From contig JAZQFS010000025.1 in assembly GCA_045539625.1 (NCBI GenBank), forward strand, positions 18,626 to 82,625: 64,000 nt of DNA, written 5' to 3'. Positions 9,317 to 18,356 of the stretch are shown in pieces. The position numbers were made by a program, and so were the translations under genes. The notes under the pieces are model-generated. The model saw only the letters and a list, made by a program, of their open reading frames with translations, had not been told where the DNA came from and searched no databases. The stretch is from Eubacteriales bacterium. Lineage in GTDB: Bacteria; Bacillota; Clostridia; Oscillospirales; CAG-382. The stretch's first letter is position 1. Each line of letters starts with the position of its first letter.

Positions 9317-10090
9317 ATGAAGATTTTATGCGAACATGAAAAGCTTGGCTCTCTTGATGCTGCGGTTTTTGATTTTGACGGAACACTTTCAAGCCTTAGA
9401 GCAGGTTGGGAAAAGGTTATGGAGCCTTTGATGGTTGAGCTTATCCCGGGCGACAAGGACGAGGTTACACAGCTTGTAAGAAAATACATAGACGAATCAA
9501 CAGGTATCCAGACCATCTTCCAGATGCGTTGGTTAAAGGAAGAGATTACCAAAAGAGGCGGCAACGCTCTTGACGAATGGGAATACAAGGACGAATACAA
9601 CCGCCGTCTTATGATAGAGGTAGGCAGACGCAGACAGGCAATTCTCAGTGGCGAAGAAAAAGCGGAGCATTATCTTGTTCCGGGAGGCAAGGAATTTCTG
9701 GAGGAGCTTAAGAAAATGGGCGTCACAATGTACGCAGCAAGCGGTACAGATACTGTCGATGTAAAGGCAGAAGCAGCGGTTCTCGGTCTTGACGGATATT
9801 TTTCGGAAATTGCAGGAGCTGAGAGAGGTACTGACGACTGCTCAAAAGAAGCAGTTCTCCGAAGACTTGTAAAGCCGGGCAAAAAGCTTCTTGTTGTAGG
9901 CGACGGCAAGGTTGAAATTGCACTTGGCAGAGAAGCAGGTGCACTTACTCTCGGCATTGCCAGCATGGACATTCCCGGTTGTGACAGCGACGAAATGAAT
10001 GCCGACAAGTACAGAAGACTTGAAAATGCAGGCGCACACGCAATTATTCCTCATTTCGCTAATGTAAAGGAGATTTTATCATGGATTTAA
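9317..10090 (+). CDS. HAD-superfamily hydrolase (probable sugar-phosphate phosphatase)
   Basis: HAD motif I AAVFDFDGTL, a later SGT motif, and VVGDGKVE (motif IV-like). Overlaps the next gene by 10 nt. Confidence 0.7.
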   Translation: MKILCEHEKLGSLDAAVFDFDGTLSSLRAGWEKVMEPLMVELIPGDKDEVTQLVRKYIDESTGIQTIFQMRWLKEEITKRGGNALDEWEYKDEYNRRLMIEVGRRRQAILSGEEKAEHYLVPGGKEFLEELKKMGVTMYAASGTDTVDVKAEAAVLGLDGYFSEIAGAERGTDDCSKEAVLRRLVKPGKKLLVVGDGKVEIALGREAGALTLGIASMDIPGCDSDEMNADKYRRLENAGAHAIIPHFANVKEILSWI

Positions 10091-11058
10091 GAAGAACTAA
10101 GGCTCTCGATTTTTCGGGACTTACACTTTATTCAGCCAAGGACAGACACAACCTTGTTACAACAGGCAATATTATGACTCCGGGTGTTACAAAGACGGAA
10201 GAATTTGTGCACGAAGGCTTTGACGAGCTTGTGGAAAAAATTGTAAAGGCAAGAGAAAACGGCAAGGAAGTAATTGTCAGCATAGGCGCACACGTTATCA
10301 AGTGCGGTCTTTCAAGATACCTCATTCAGCTTGCAAAGGACGGTTGGATTACTCACTTTGCAGGAAACGGTGCCTGCTCAATACACGACTTTGAGCTTGC
10401 AATGCTGGGCGGTACAAGTGAGCACGTACCTACTGCAATAGAGGACGGCTCCTTTGGTATGTGGCAGGAAACCCTTCACAATATGAATACCGCCATTAAC
10501 GAAGGTGCAAAGAAAGGCTACGGCTACGGCGAATCCCTTTACGAATATGTCAATGCTCACCCCGAGCTTTTCCCCCACAAGGAGGACTGTGTATTCTGGA
10601 ATATGCAAAAGCTTGACATTCCCGCAACATATCACATAGCTCTCGGCACTGACATTATTCACCAGTCCCCCGAATGTGAAATGGCAAACATCGGCTTCTG
10701 TTCAGGTGTGGACTTCAAGCGTTACTGCTACAGCATCTCCAAAATGGACGAGGGCGTATTCCTCAACTTTGGCTCGGCGGTTATCGGCGCTGAGGTATTC
10801 TTAAAGGCGCTTTCCATTGCAAGAAACCTCGGCAACTCCAATTTCAACATCACAACCGCAAACTTCGACTTAAAGCCCTTAGGCGATTTCAGAAAGAAAA
10901 TCGGCTACGAAGATCCCGACTACTACTACCGTCCCAGAAAGAACATTGTAAACCGCCCCGTATCCCGTGGCGGCTGGGGTATGCACTTTGTTGGTGACCA
11001 TCAGGTGACAATTCCCTCACTTTACGAAAAGCTTTCCAAAATGGGAGGAAAAAAATAA
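10081..11058 (+). CDS. Uncharacterized protein with weak deoxyhypusine-synthase-like (DHS-like NAD-binding fold) resemblance
   Basis: 325 aa. The segments VIVSIGAHVIKCGLSRYLIQLAKDGWITHFAGNGACSIHDFELAM and DIPATYHIALGTDIIHQ parallel the DHS blocks (..GlR..i..l......vd.ivTTaGg.eeD.. and ipv..Pa.tDgs.G). This is a by-eye resemblance only. Confidence 0.3.
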   Translation: MDLRRTKALDFSGLTLYSAKDRHNLVTTGNIMTPGVTKTEEFVHEGFDELVEKIVKARENGKEVIVSIGAHVIKCGLSRYLIQLAKDGWITHFAGNGACSIHDFELAMLGGTSEHVPTAIEDGSFGMWQETLHNMNTAINEGAKKGYGYGESLYEYVNAHPELFPHKEDCVFWNMQKLDIPATYHIALGTDIIHQSPECEMANIGFCSGVDFKRYCYSISKMDEGVFLNFGSAVIGAEVFLKALSIARNLGNSNFNITTANFDLKPLGDFRKKIGYEDPDYYYRPRKNIVNRPVSRGGWGMHFVGDHQVTIPSLYEKLSKMGGKK

Positions 11059-12047
11059 TGTTTGACCTTTCAAAGCTTGACGGCGTAAAAATCGCCATAA
11101 TCGGCGACCTTGCCCTTGACATTTACTGGTACGCCGATATGAAAAAGAGCGAGCTTTCCCGTGAAACTCCCCATTATCCCCTGCCTGTAGTCCGTGAGGT
11201 TATGAGCCTTGGCGCAGGCGGAAATGTTGTTGCAAACGTTGCGGCTCTGAAGCCAAAAGAATTATACGTATGCGGAGTTTGCGGTGACGACTGGAGAGGC
11301 GACATTCTCAAGAAAAAGCTGTGTGAAATAGGTGCGGACACAAGCGGACTTTTTGTTGAAGAAGGTACATTTTCCTATGCTTACTGCAAACCTATGAGAA
11401 TGGGTATATCCGACGTAATATACGAAGATCCAAGACTTGACTTTACAAGAACAGACAAAATAAGCGAAAAAAGTGAAGAAAAAATTCTTGGCTGGCTTGA
11501 CGAAATCAGCACAAAGGTTGACATTCTCTGCGTTGCCGACCAGTTTGTAAACGGTATTATTACCGAAAAGGTGCTTAAAAAGATTTGTACCCTTAACACA
11601 CGTGTTATTGTTGACAGCAGATACAGAGCAGGCTTTTACAATCTAAAGAACGGTATTCTAAAACCCAACGAGGACGAGTGCAGATATGCTCTTACAAAGC
11701 TTGGCATTGCCGTTCCCGACGGTGACGAAGAGCTTGGCAAGGCACTCTCGGCTGCAACAGGTGCAGACGTGCTTTTAACAAGAGGCGAAAAAGGCAGTAT
11801 GTACATTTCGGCAAAGGGTGAATCTACCGTCATCACGCCTGCACTCAAAATTGAAGGTCCCATTGACATCTGCGGTGCAGGAGACTCGTCAATATCCGCC
11901 TTTTCATGTTGTATTGCAGCAGGTGCAAAGCCTTTTGAGGCAGCCGAGATTGCAGGACTTGCGTCAGGTGTTACGATTCAGAAAATCGCAACAACAGGTA
12001 CTGCAACAAGAGAAGAAATTACAGAGCTATACAAAAAATTCTTTTAA
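11058..12047 (+). CDS. PfkB-family sugar kinase, HldE/RfaE domain-I-like
   Basis: The stretch IAIIGDLALDIYWYADM...SRETPHYPLPVV.....LGAGGNVVANVAAL matches the heptose-7-phosphate kinase pattern. The DICGAGDS PfkB signature is present. The start overlaps the upstream stop (TAATG). Confidence 0.7.
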   Translation: MFDLSKLDGVKIAIIGDLALDIYWYADMKKSELSRETPHYPLPVVREVMSLGAGGNVVANVAALKPKELYVCGVCGDDWRGDILKKKLCEIGADTSGLFVEEGTFSYAYCKPMRMGISDVIYEDPRLDFTRTDKISEKSEEKILGWLDEISTKVDILCVADQFVNGIITEKVLKKICTLNTRVIVDSRYRAGFYNLKNGILKPNEDECRYALTKLGIAVPDGDEELGKALSAATGADVLLTRGEKGSMYISAKGESTVITPALKIEGPIDICGAGDSSISAFSCCIAAGAKPFEAAEIAGLASGVTIQKIATTGTATREEITELYKKFF

Positions 12048-12077
12048 GTTTTATTATAACCGACGGAGGAAACCACC

Positions 12078-15000
12078 ATGGTACTTGCAACAATAACGCG
12101 AAACCTTGATATGTTCACTTCCCATGCGTTTGTCAAAAGCACAGATGCAGGAAAGTGGGAGTATAAAATAGGGAAATATGTAGAGCAGGACAAGTATGAA
12201 ATGCCCGACAACTGGCAGGAATACAAAAGCGGTATTATATTCAACACTGCAGATACATTTTTAGCAAGAATGACTTTTGTTCCCGAAGCTCCCAAGGAAG
12301 GTCAGTTTGCATACTTAAACATTGACACCGCAAATGGCTGTGAAGCTATCGTTAAAGTCAACGGTAAAAACTACGGCGGTATCAATTCAAGCGTGTTAAG
12401 AACAAGAATAGACCTTCCCGAAGAATGTTACGGCAAGGAAACAACCATTGAAATTGAAGTTTTTGCCAGCCATCATGCACGAGGCGATTTTGATACACGT
12501 CCTCTTCACAGTGCAAAATGGATAATTGCCGACAAGCTTATGTTTGACTTTCAGGAAAGCATAAAACTTATATGGGACATTTATAACTTTACAAAAAACC
12601 AGTATAAAAAGGATAAGCTCTACGACCTTATCGTTCATCTTATCAACGGCTGTGATCAGTCACTTACAGGCGAAGAATACCGTGACAACATTGCAGAGCT
12701 TTATGAAGAGCTGAAAGAAGGCTTAAAGAAAATCGGCTGCGACAACGATATGGGTCAGGTTGACCTTGTTGCATCAACTCACATTGATACTGCCTGGCTG
12801 TGGCAGTACAAAGATACCATTCGCAAGGCTTCAAGAAGTGCTCTTATCCAGATGCGTCTTATGGAAAGATATCCCGAATTCAAGTTCGGTTTGTCTCAGC
12901 CAAGCGTTTACAACTACATCAAGGAAAGCTATCCTGATGTTTTCGAGCAAATAAAGCAAAAGCACAAGGAAGGACAGTGGCTTCTTCTCGGTCCTATGTG
13001 GGTTGAAGGCGACCTTAACATATCGGGCGGTGAATCATTGGTAAGAGAATTCTTATACGGTCATCAGTTCTTCAACAAGGAATTCGGCACAACAAGCGAC
13101 GTTTGCTGGATTCCCGACTCCTTCGGCTTCCCTGCAAGTCTTCCGCAGATATTCAGAAAGTGCGGAACAAACAGCTTCTTTACCACAAAGGTTCGCTGGC
13201 AGGCAGCTATTGAATTTCCTTACAGTGTATTTGAATGGGAGGGCATTGACGGAACAAAAATCACCTCCTCCATTCCCGACCTCAAAGGCTACTACAACGG
13301 TCAGATTAAAGCAGAGCAGTTAATATACGCAAGTGAAAAGAACAAGCAAAAGGCGCTTCACGACAAGGTTCTTATGCCTTACGGCTTCGGTGACGGAGGC
13401 GGCGGAGCTTCCGAGTTTATGCTTTCTTCCTACAGAAAGCTAAAGGAAATTCCCGGTCTTCCCAAAATCAACCTGACTACCGTTCCCGAATACTATGCCG
13501 ACCTTGAAAAGAAGGCAGACAAGCTTCCCGTCTGGAAAGGCGAGTTATGTGTTGAAACCCATCAGGGTACATACACAACAATTGCAAAAAACAAGCGTGC
13601 AAACAGAATGGGTGAAATGGCTCTACGCCGTCTTGATCTTCTTGCCTGTATGGCGGGCATCAAAACAGACAGCGATGAATACAGAGAAATCGTTAAAAAC
13701 TGGAAGGATTTACTCCTTATGCAGTTCCATGACGTGCTTCCTGGCAGCTCCATCAATGCTGTTTATCAAGACACTGACAGAATGTACAAGGATTTGTTCG
13801 ACTTTATTGACAAAGAGCAGTCAGTGCTTATTGACAAGGCTCTTAAGACTGAAAAAGATGACGGCTGTGTTACGGTATTCAACCCCAATTCCTTTGCATC
13901 AACCTCTTATGTAAAAGTAGACAGCTCCTTCAAGGACTGTGTGCTGTCCGACGGTGTAAACACGAGCAAGGTAATCCCCGACGGCAAGGGCGGATATGTA
14001 TTCTATGCAGAAAACATTGACGGCTTTGGTACAAAGTCTTATTCAAAGGTAACCGCAGAATGTGACAGCAACGCTGACGGCATAAAGCTCACACAGGCAC
14101 TTGAAGGCTATCATGCAGAAACACCCTTCTTCAGCTTTGACATTCACGCAGACGGTACTTTACACAACTTCTTTGACAAATGTGAAAAAGTCACCTACTC
14201 ATCAGGCGACGGTCTTAACAGCTACAGAGTCTACCGTGACGGTCCCGAACGTGAGGACGCCTGGAACATTGACAGGGATTTTAAATTACGTCCCGTCAAT
14301 ATGAATTGGCAGAACAGTGCTGAAATAATAGAAAACAACGGTGAAAGAGCTGTTGTCCGCATCACAAAGAAGGGTGAAAGAACAACCGTCACACAGGATA
14401 TTGTGATTTATTCAAGGCTGAGAAAGGTTGACTTCTTATGTCACATCGACTGGCAGGAGAAGTACAGGCTCATGCAGGTAACCTTCCCTACAACGGTAAA
14501 TGCTTCTCAGGCTTCCTATGAAATTGCTTACGGTATCTGCAAGCGTACAACCCATCCCAACACTCCCGGTGAAAGATGGAAGCATGAATATGCCGCTCAC
14601 CGTTTTGTGGACTTATCCGACGAAAAGAGAGGTGCGGCAGTTATCAACGACTGCAAGTACGGTCACAATGCAATTGACGGCGAAATTACAATGACACTGT
14701 TCAGGAACACCGATTATCCTTCCAAGTTCCTTGATACAGGCGAACACGATTACGCCTACTCATTCCTTCCCCACTCAGGCGGCATTTACGGCGGAGATGT
14801 TGCAAAGCAAGCTTATCTTTTCAACTCTCCCGTGATTTGCGTAAACGGAAAAGCTGACATCAAGCCCATTATCACACTTTCCGATGACAGCTTATTCATT
14901 GACTGTGTAAAGCCCGCCGAGGACGGAAACGGAATAATTGTCCGAATGTATGAGCCTTACGGCACTAGCGGAAGTGTTAAGGCGGCACTTTCGGGAACAG

Positions 15001-15119
15001 CCAAAATTTCAGAGGTTTCACCTCTTGAAGAAACGGTTGCAGCGCTTGGCAAGGCTGACAGCTTTGATATAAGCTTTACTCCTTTTGAGATAAAGACATT
15101 CAGAATCGTTATAAAATAA
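12078..15119 (+). CDS. Glycoside hydrolase family 38 alpha-mannosidase
   Basis: 1013 aa with STHIDTAWLW, WIPDSFG and LLMQFHDVLPGSSI motifs typical of GH38. RBS is GGAGGAA. Confidence 0.85.
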   Translation: MVLATITRNLDMFTSHAFVKSTDAGKWEYKIGKYVEQDKYEMPDNWQEYKSGIIFNTADTFLARMTFVPEAPKEGQFAYLNIDTANGCEAIVKVNGKNYGGINSSVLRTRIDLPEECYGKETTIEIEVFASHHARGDFDTRPLHSAKWIIADKLMFDFQESIKLIWDIYNFTKNQYKKDKLYDLIVHLINGCDQSLTGEEYRDNIAELYEELKEGLKKIGCDNDMGQVDLVASTHIDTAWLWQYKDTIRKASRSALIQMRLMERYPEFKFGLSQPSVYNYIKESYPDVFEQIKQKHKEGQWLLLGPMWVEGDLNISGGESLVREFLYGHQFFNKEFGTTSDVCWIPDSFGFPASLPQIFRKCGTNSFFTTKVRWQAAIEFPYSVFEWEGIDGTKITSSIPDLKGYYNGQIKAEQLIYASEKNKQKALHDKVLMPYGFGDGGGGASEFMLSSYRKLKEIPGLPKINLTTVPEYYADLEKKADKLPVWKGELCVETHQGTYTTIAKNKRANRMGEMALRRLDLLACMAGIKTDSDEYREIVKNWKDLLLMQFHDVLPGSSINAVYQDTDRMYKDLFDFIDKEQSVLIDKALKTEKDDGCVTVFNPNSFASTSYVKVDSSFKDCVLSDGVNTSKVIPDGKGGYVFYAENIDGFGTKSYSKVTAECDSNADGIKLTQALEGYHAETPFFSFDIHADGTLHNFFDKCEKVTYSSGDGLNSYRVYRDGPEREDAWNIDRDFKLRPVNMNWQNSAEIIENNGERAVVRITKKGERTTVTQDIVIYSRLRKVDFLCHIDWQEKYRLMQVTFPTTVNASQASYEIAYGICKRTTHPNTPGERWKHEYAAHRFVDLSDEKRGAAVINDCKYGHNAIDGEITMTLFRNTDYPSKFLDTGEHDYAYSFLPHSGGIYGGDVAKQAYLFNSPVICVNGKADIKPIITLSDDSLFIDCVKPAEDGNGIIVRMYEPYGTSGSVKAALSGTAKISEVSPLEETVAALGKADSFDISFTPFEIKTFRIVIK

Positions 15120-15128
15120 ACCAAAACA

Positions 15129-15151
15129 GGGCATCTCATAAGAGATGTCCC
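15129..15151 (+). terminator. Terminator hairpin after the GH38 gene
   Basis: GGGCATCTC-ATAA-GAGATG(T)CCC followed by GTGTTTAT. Confidence 0.55.
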
Positions 15152-15163
15152 GTGTTTATACGC

Positions 15164-15194
15164 AAAAAAGGTACGGACAAGCCGTACCTTTCTT
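15164..15194. terminator. Bidirectional Rho-independent terminator
   Basis: AAAAAA-GGTACGG-ACAAG-CCGTACC-TTTCTTT. The T-run appears on both strands, and the hairpin lies between convergent genes. Confidence 0.8.
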
Positions 15195-15209
15195 TAATCT
15201 TTATTGGAA

Positions 15210-15527
15210 TTATTCTTCCTCTGCAAGCTTGCAACCTGCACAGTCTTCTGCATCGCAGTCGCCGCACTCTTCGTAGAAGCCTTCGTCATCATCGTAGTAA
15301 TCGTCGTCTTCAAAAAGCTCGCTTTCTACGTCGCCGAGGTCTGCGTCAAGCTCGTCACAGTATTCATAAAGTGCATCTACATCATCATAGATAAGCTCGA
15401 TTTCGTCTGCCATATCGTCAAGAATGTCAACGATTGCAGAGATAACCTTGCCTTCCTTTGTAGTTACATCAAATTCCATGCCTTCCATAAGGCCTTTGAG
15501 GTGAGCTACCTTATTCTTGATTTCCAT
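15210..15527 (-). CDS. Small highly acidic protein with a C-terminal CxxC-x5-CxxC motif (efp-adjacent, unknown function)
   Basis: 105 aa starting MEIKNKVAHLKGLMEGMEFD. Ends in a D/E-rich tail with ECGDCDAEDCAGCK. Lies directly downstream of efp on the same strand. Confidence 0.6.
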   Translation of the reverse strand: MEIKNKVAHLKGLMEGMEFDVTTKEGKVISAIVDILDDMADEIELIYDDVDALYEYCDELDADLGDVESELFEDDDYYDDDEGFYEECGDCDAEDCAGCKLAEEE

Positions 15528-15646
15528 AATTCTAACCTCTCTTTCAATAGTTAGTTTCTGTAAGGGGTTTCTGTTACTTTTCTTGAAAGAAAAGCAATGC
15601 TCTTAAGAGTACTCTGTTTTCTTTTCAGCAAAGAAAAAGCAAGAAG

Positions 15647-16204
15647 TTAAGCTCTTTCGAGATATTCGCCTGTTCTGGTATCGATCTTAAGAACGTCACC
15701 GATGTTGATGAAGAGGGGTACCTTGATTGTAGCGCCTGTTTCAAGAGTAGCGGGCTTTGTAGCACCCTGAGCTGTATCACCCTTGAAGCCGGGCTCTGTT
15801 TCGGCAACCTCGAGTTCAACGAACATAGGAGGTTCAACGGAAATAACTGTTCCCTTGTAGGAAACAACCTTACACATCATTTCTTCCTTAACGAACTTGA
15901 AAGCATCGCCGAGCTTATCGGAATCGATAGGAGTCTGTTCATAGCTTTCCATATCCATAAAGTAGTAAAGCTCGCCGTCAGTATAAAGATACTGCATATC
16001 CTTTCTTTCAACAACTGCAAGAGGATACTTGTCAGTGGGGTTGAAAGTCTTTTCAATAACTGAGCCTGTAACAACGTTTCTGAGCTTTGTTCTTACGAAA
16101 GCCGCACCCTTACCGGGCTTAACGTGCTGGAATTCAATTATCTGCATAACGCTGCCTTCCATGTCAAAGGTAACGCCGTTTCTGAAATCGCCTGCTGTAA
16201 CCAT
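15647..16204 (-). CDS. efp: Elongation factor P
   Basis: Begins [43 protein letters not shown]. The ATG at 16204 follows GGAGG, so the track ORF's N-terminal extension is rejected. Confidence 0.95.
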   Translation of the reverse strand: MVTAGDFRNGVTFDMEGSVMQIIEFQHVKPGKGAAFVRTKLRNVVTGSVIEKTFNPTDKYPLAVVERKDMQYLYTDGELYYFMDMESYEQTPIDSDKLGDAFKFVKEEMMCKVVSYKGTVISVEPPMFVELEVAETEPGFKGDTAQGATKPATLETGATIKVPLFINIGDVLKIDTRTGEYLERA

Positions 16205-16329
16205 TTGTATTTTCCTCCAAATTTTCAAAAATTGCATTTCTGCATAAATTTACTATGTAATTATACCACACAAACATTTACATTTCAAGTGGTTTTAGCA
16301 AAAAAATGCACTCTTTCCTCACTTTTTTA

Positions 16330-17421
16330 TCAGATAATCATAAGCTCTTTTGGGCTTTCAGTGAGATTTTTGCATCCGTTATCTGTAAGATACACAATAT
16401 CTTCAATTCTTACGCCATACTGTCCTTCAAGGTAAATACCCGGCTCCACCGAAATTACAACACCCGACGGTACCACATTCTCTGCATTGGGCGAGAAATT
16501 TGGAGACTCGTGTATTTCAAGTCCCAGACTGTGTCCCAAAGAATGACCGAATGCCCCCTCAAAGCCTGCCGTATCGATAACATCTCTTGCCGCCTTATCT
16601 GCGTCACCTGATTTTATACCGCCGTGTACGGCAGAAAGTGCTGAAAGCTGTGCTTTAAGAGTGGTATTGTACACTTTCTTCATATCTTCATCGGGCTTAC
16701 CTATGCACACGGTTCTTGTCATATCCGAGCAGTAACCGTCAAATCTTGCACCGAAATCCATGGTGAGAAAACCCTTTGCCACGGGAATATTTTCGGGTAC
16801 GCCGTGTGGCAAAGAGGATTTGCTTCCCGACACGGCAATAGTGTTGAAGGCAAGACCGTCGGCACCGTTTTTCAGCATATAATAGTCCATTTCAAGCTGA
16901 AGTGCCTTTTCGGTAAAGTCCTTTTTACCTATATTATCGGCTATAAAATCTACAATATAGCTATAGGTTTTATCGGTGATGCTCTGAGCCTTTTTTATTT
17001 TTTCAAGCTCATCTTGTGTTTTGATAGCTCTGACACAAGCGAAAATATCCGAGCCTCCCGTTTTAAGGTCAGCAAAATCAAAGACCTTACAATAGTGCAG
17101 ATATCTGTCATAGCTTAAGCTTTTATCTTCAATCAGAATCTCACCACAGCCGTCAAGCATACTTTTAAGCTGAAGCATCGCCTTATGTGTCTGGCGTTCA
17201 ATAACAATTTCGCCGTCTATTATCCCCTGCTTTTGCTTGATGCACGCCGATTCATAGTAGCGTGAGTCTGTCATATAAGTGATTTTTCCGTCACGTATCA
17301 CAACAAAGCCGTCAGATGAATTGAAGCCTGTCACATATCTTCTGTTTACAGGCGAAGTAACAAGCATTGCATCTGCCTTTTGGCTGACAGCATCACAAAG
17401 CTTTTTTATATTATCCTTCAT
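16330..17421 (-). CDS. pepP: M24-family Xaa-Pro aminopeptidase/dipeptidase
   Basis: Creatinase-like N-domain plus M24 metal ligands (DFGARFDGYCSDMTRT, HSLGHSLGLEIHE, VISVEPG, RIED). Confidence 0.85.
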   Translation of the reverse strand: MKDNIKKLCDAVSQKADAMLVTSPVNRRYVTGFNSSDGFVVIRDGKITYMTDSRYYESACIKQKQGIIDGEIVIERQTHKAMLQLKSMLDGCGEILIEDKSLSYDRYLHYCKVFDFADLKTGGSDIFACVRAIKTQDELEKIKKAQSITDKTYSYIVDFIADNIGKKDFTEKALQLEMDYYMLKNGADGLAFNTIAVSGSKSSLPHGVPENIPVAKGFLTMDFGARFDGYCSDMTRTVCIGKPDEDMKKVYNTTLKAQLSALSAVHGGIKSGDADKAARDVIDTAGFEGAFGHSLGHSLGLEIHESPNFSPNAENVVPSGVVISVEPGIYLEGQYGVRIEDIVYLTDNGCKNLTESPKELMII

Positions 17422-17423
17422 TT

Positions 17424-18284
17424 CTACGCCTCCGTACTGTCATAATATTTTTTCATTGACAGTGCATCCTCTGCCTGTGTGCCGTCGGATTCGCAGATAA
17501 AGGTGGGGGCTACGCCCAAATCCTTCACCGCCTGCATAAGAGGCTGATATTCGGGACCAAACTGAGTATCCTCAAAGGTAAGGTGTCTCTTTTCGCCGCC
17601 CTGAGTATACTCTATCTTTGAAAAATGGCAATGGAGATTCTGTGCTGCCTCGGGACTTACGCCCTTTGCAATTCTGTCAAACACTCTCTTATAATCGTCT
17701 GCCGTCACAAACACACCGCCCATCTCACGTGCATTCATATGACCGAAGTCTACAACAGGCACAACCGTTTTATCAACAGAGCACATATCTATAACTTCAT
17801 CCAGCGTGCCAAACTGATTGACCTTACCCATAGTTTCGATTCCCAGATCAAAGCCGTAAAGTCCTGCCTCGTGAAGTCTGTCTATGGCATAGCGAAGTGC
17901 GTCCTTTGCGTAAACCGCAGCTGTTTCTCTTGGGATTTTCGCACAGGAGCCTGCATGGATAACAATTGTTTTACCGCCCATTAATTTAAGTGCCGCCGCA
18001 CTGTCAAGGATATACTTTGAGCTGTTCTTGCGCTTTTCTTCTTCAACAGAAGACAGAGAGATGAAGTAAGGTGCGTGGATTGACAGGCTGATACCCGCTT
18101 CCTTTGCATTTATTCCCAACGCCTCAAAGGTTTTAATGCTGCCGGGCACGCCTCTTCCCGCCTCATATTCATAAGCATCAAGTCCGAAATTCTTTACCCA
18201 CTGCGGAGCATCGGGTGTAGTTCTTTTTTTATCGGCGTTGAAGGAATCGCTGTTTCCTCCGGGGCCGAACAACGGTCTTGCCAT
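17424..18284 (-). CDS. Xylose-isomerase-like TIM-barrel protein (AP endonuclease family 2 / endonuclease IV-like)
   Basis: 286 aa with YEYEAGRGV, IHAPYFI, IVIHAG and FGH motifs of the family. Confidence 0.6.
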   Translation of the reverse strand: MARPLFGPGGNSDSFNADKKRTTPDAPQWVKNFGLDAYEYEAGRGVPGSIKTFEALGINAKEAGISLSIHAPYFISLSSVEEEKRKNSSKYILDSAAALKLMGGKTIVIHAGSCAKIPRETAAVYAKDALRYAIDRLHEAGLYGFDLGIETMGKVNQFGTLDEVIDMCSVDKTVVPVVDFGHMNAREMGGVFVTADDYKRVFDRIAKGVSPEAAQNLHCHFSKIEYTQGGEKRHLTFEDTQFGPEYQPLMQAVKDLGVAPTFICESDGTQAEDALSMKKYYDSTEA

Positions 18285-18313
18285 AATAGTTTACCGTTCC
18301 TTTCCTAAAAGTG

Positions 18314-18338
18314 CAAAAAAGGGCGGATTGCTCCGCCC
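18314..18338 (-). terminator. Rho-independent terminator of the cmk-plsC-ispH/rpsA operon
   Basis: Minus strand reads GGGCGGA-GCAA-TCCGCCC followed by TTTTTTG. Confidence 0.8.
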
Positions 18339-18356
18339 TCTTTATGTTATGTGCAA

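Noticed and set aside
15152-15554. Plus-strand ORFs 15152-15394 and 15204-15554
   Set aside because: They are antisense to the acidic efp-adjacent protein and span the bidirectional terminator.
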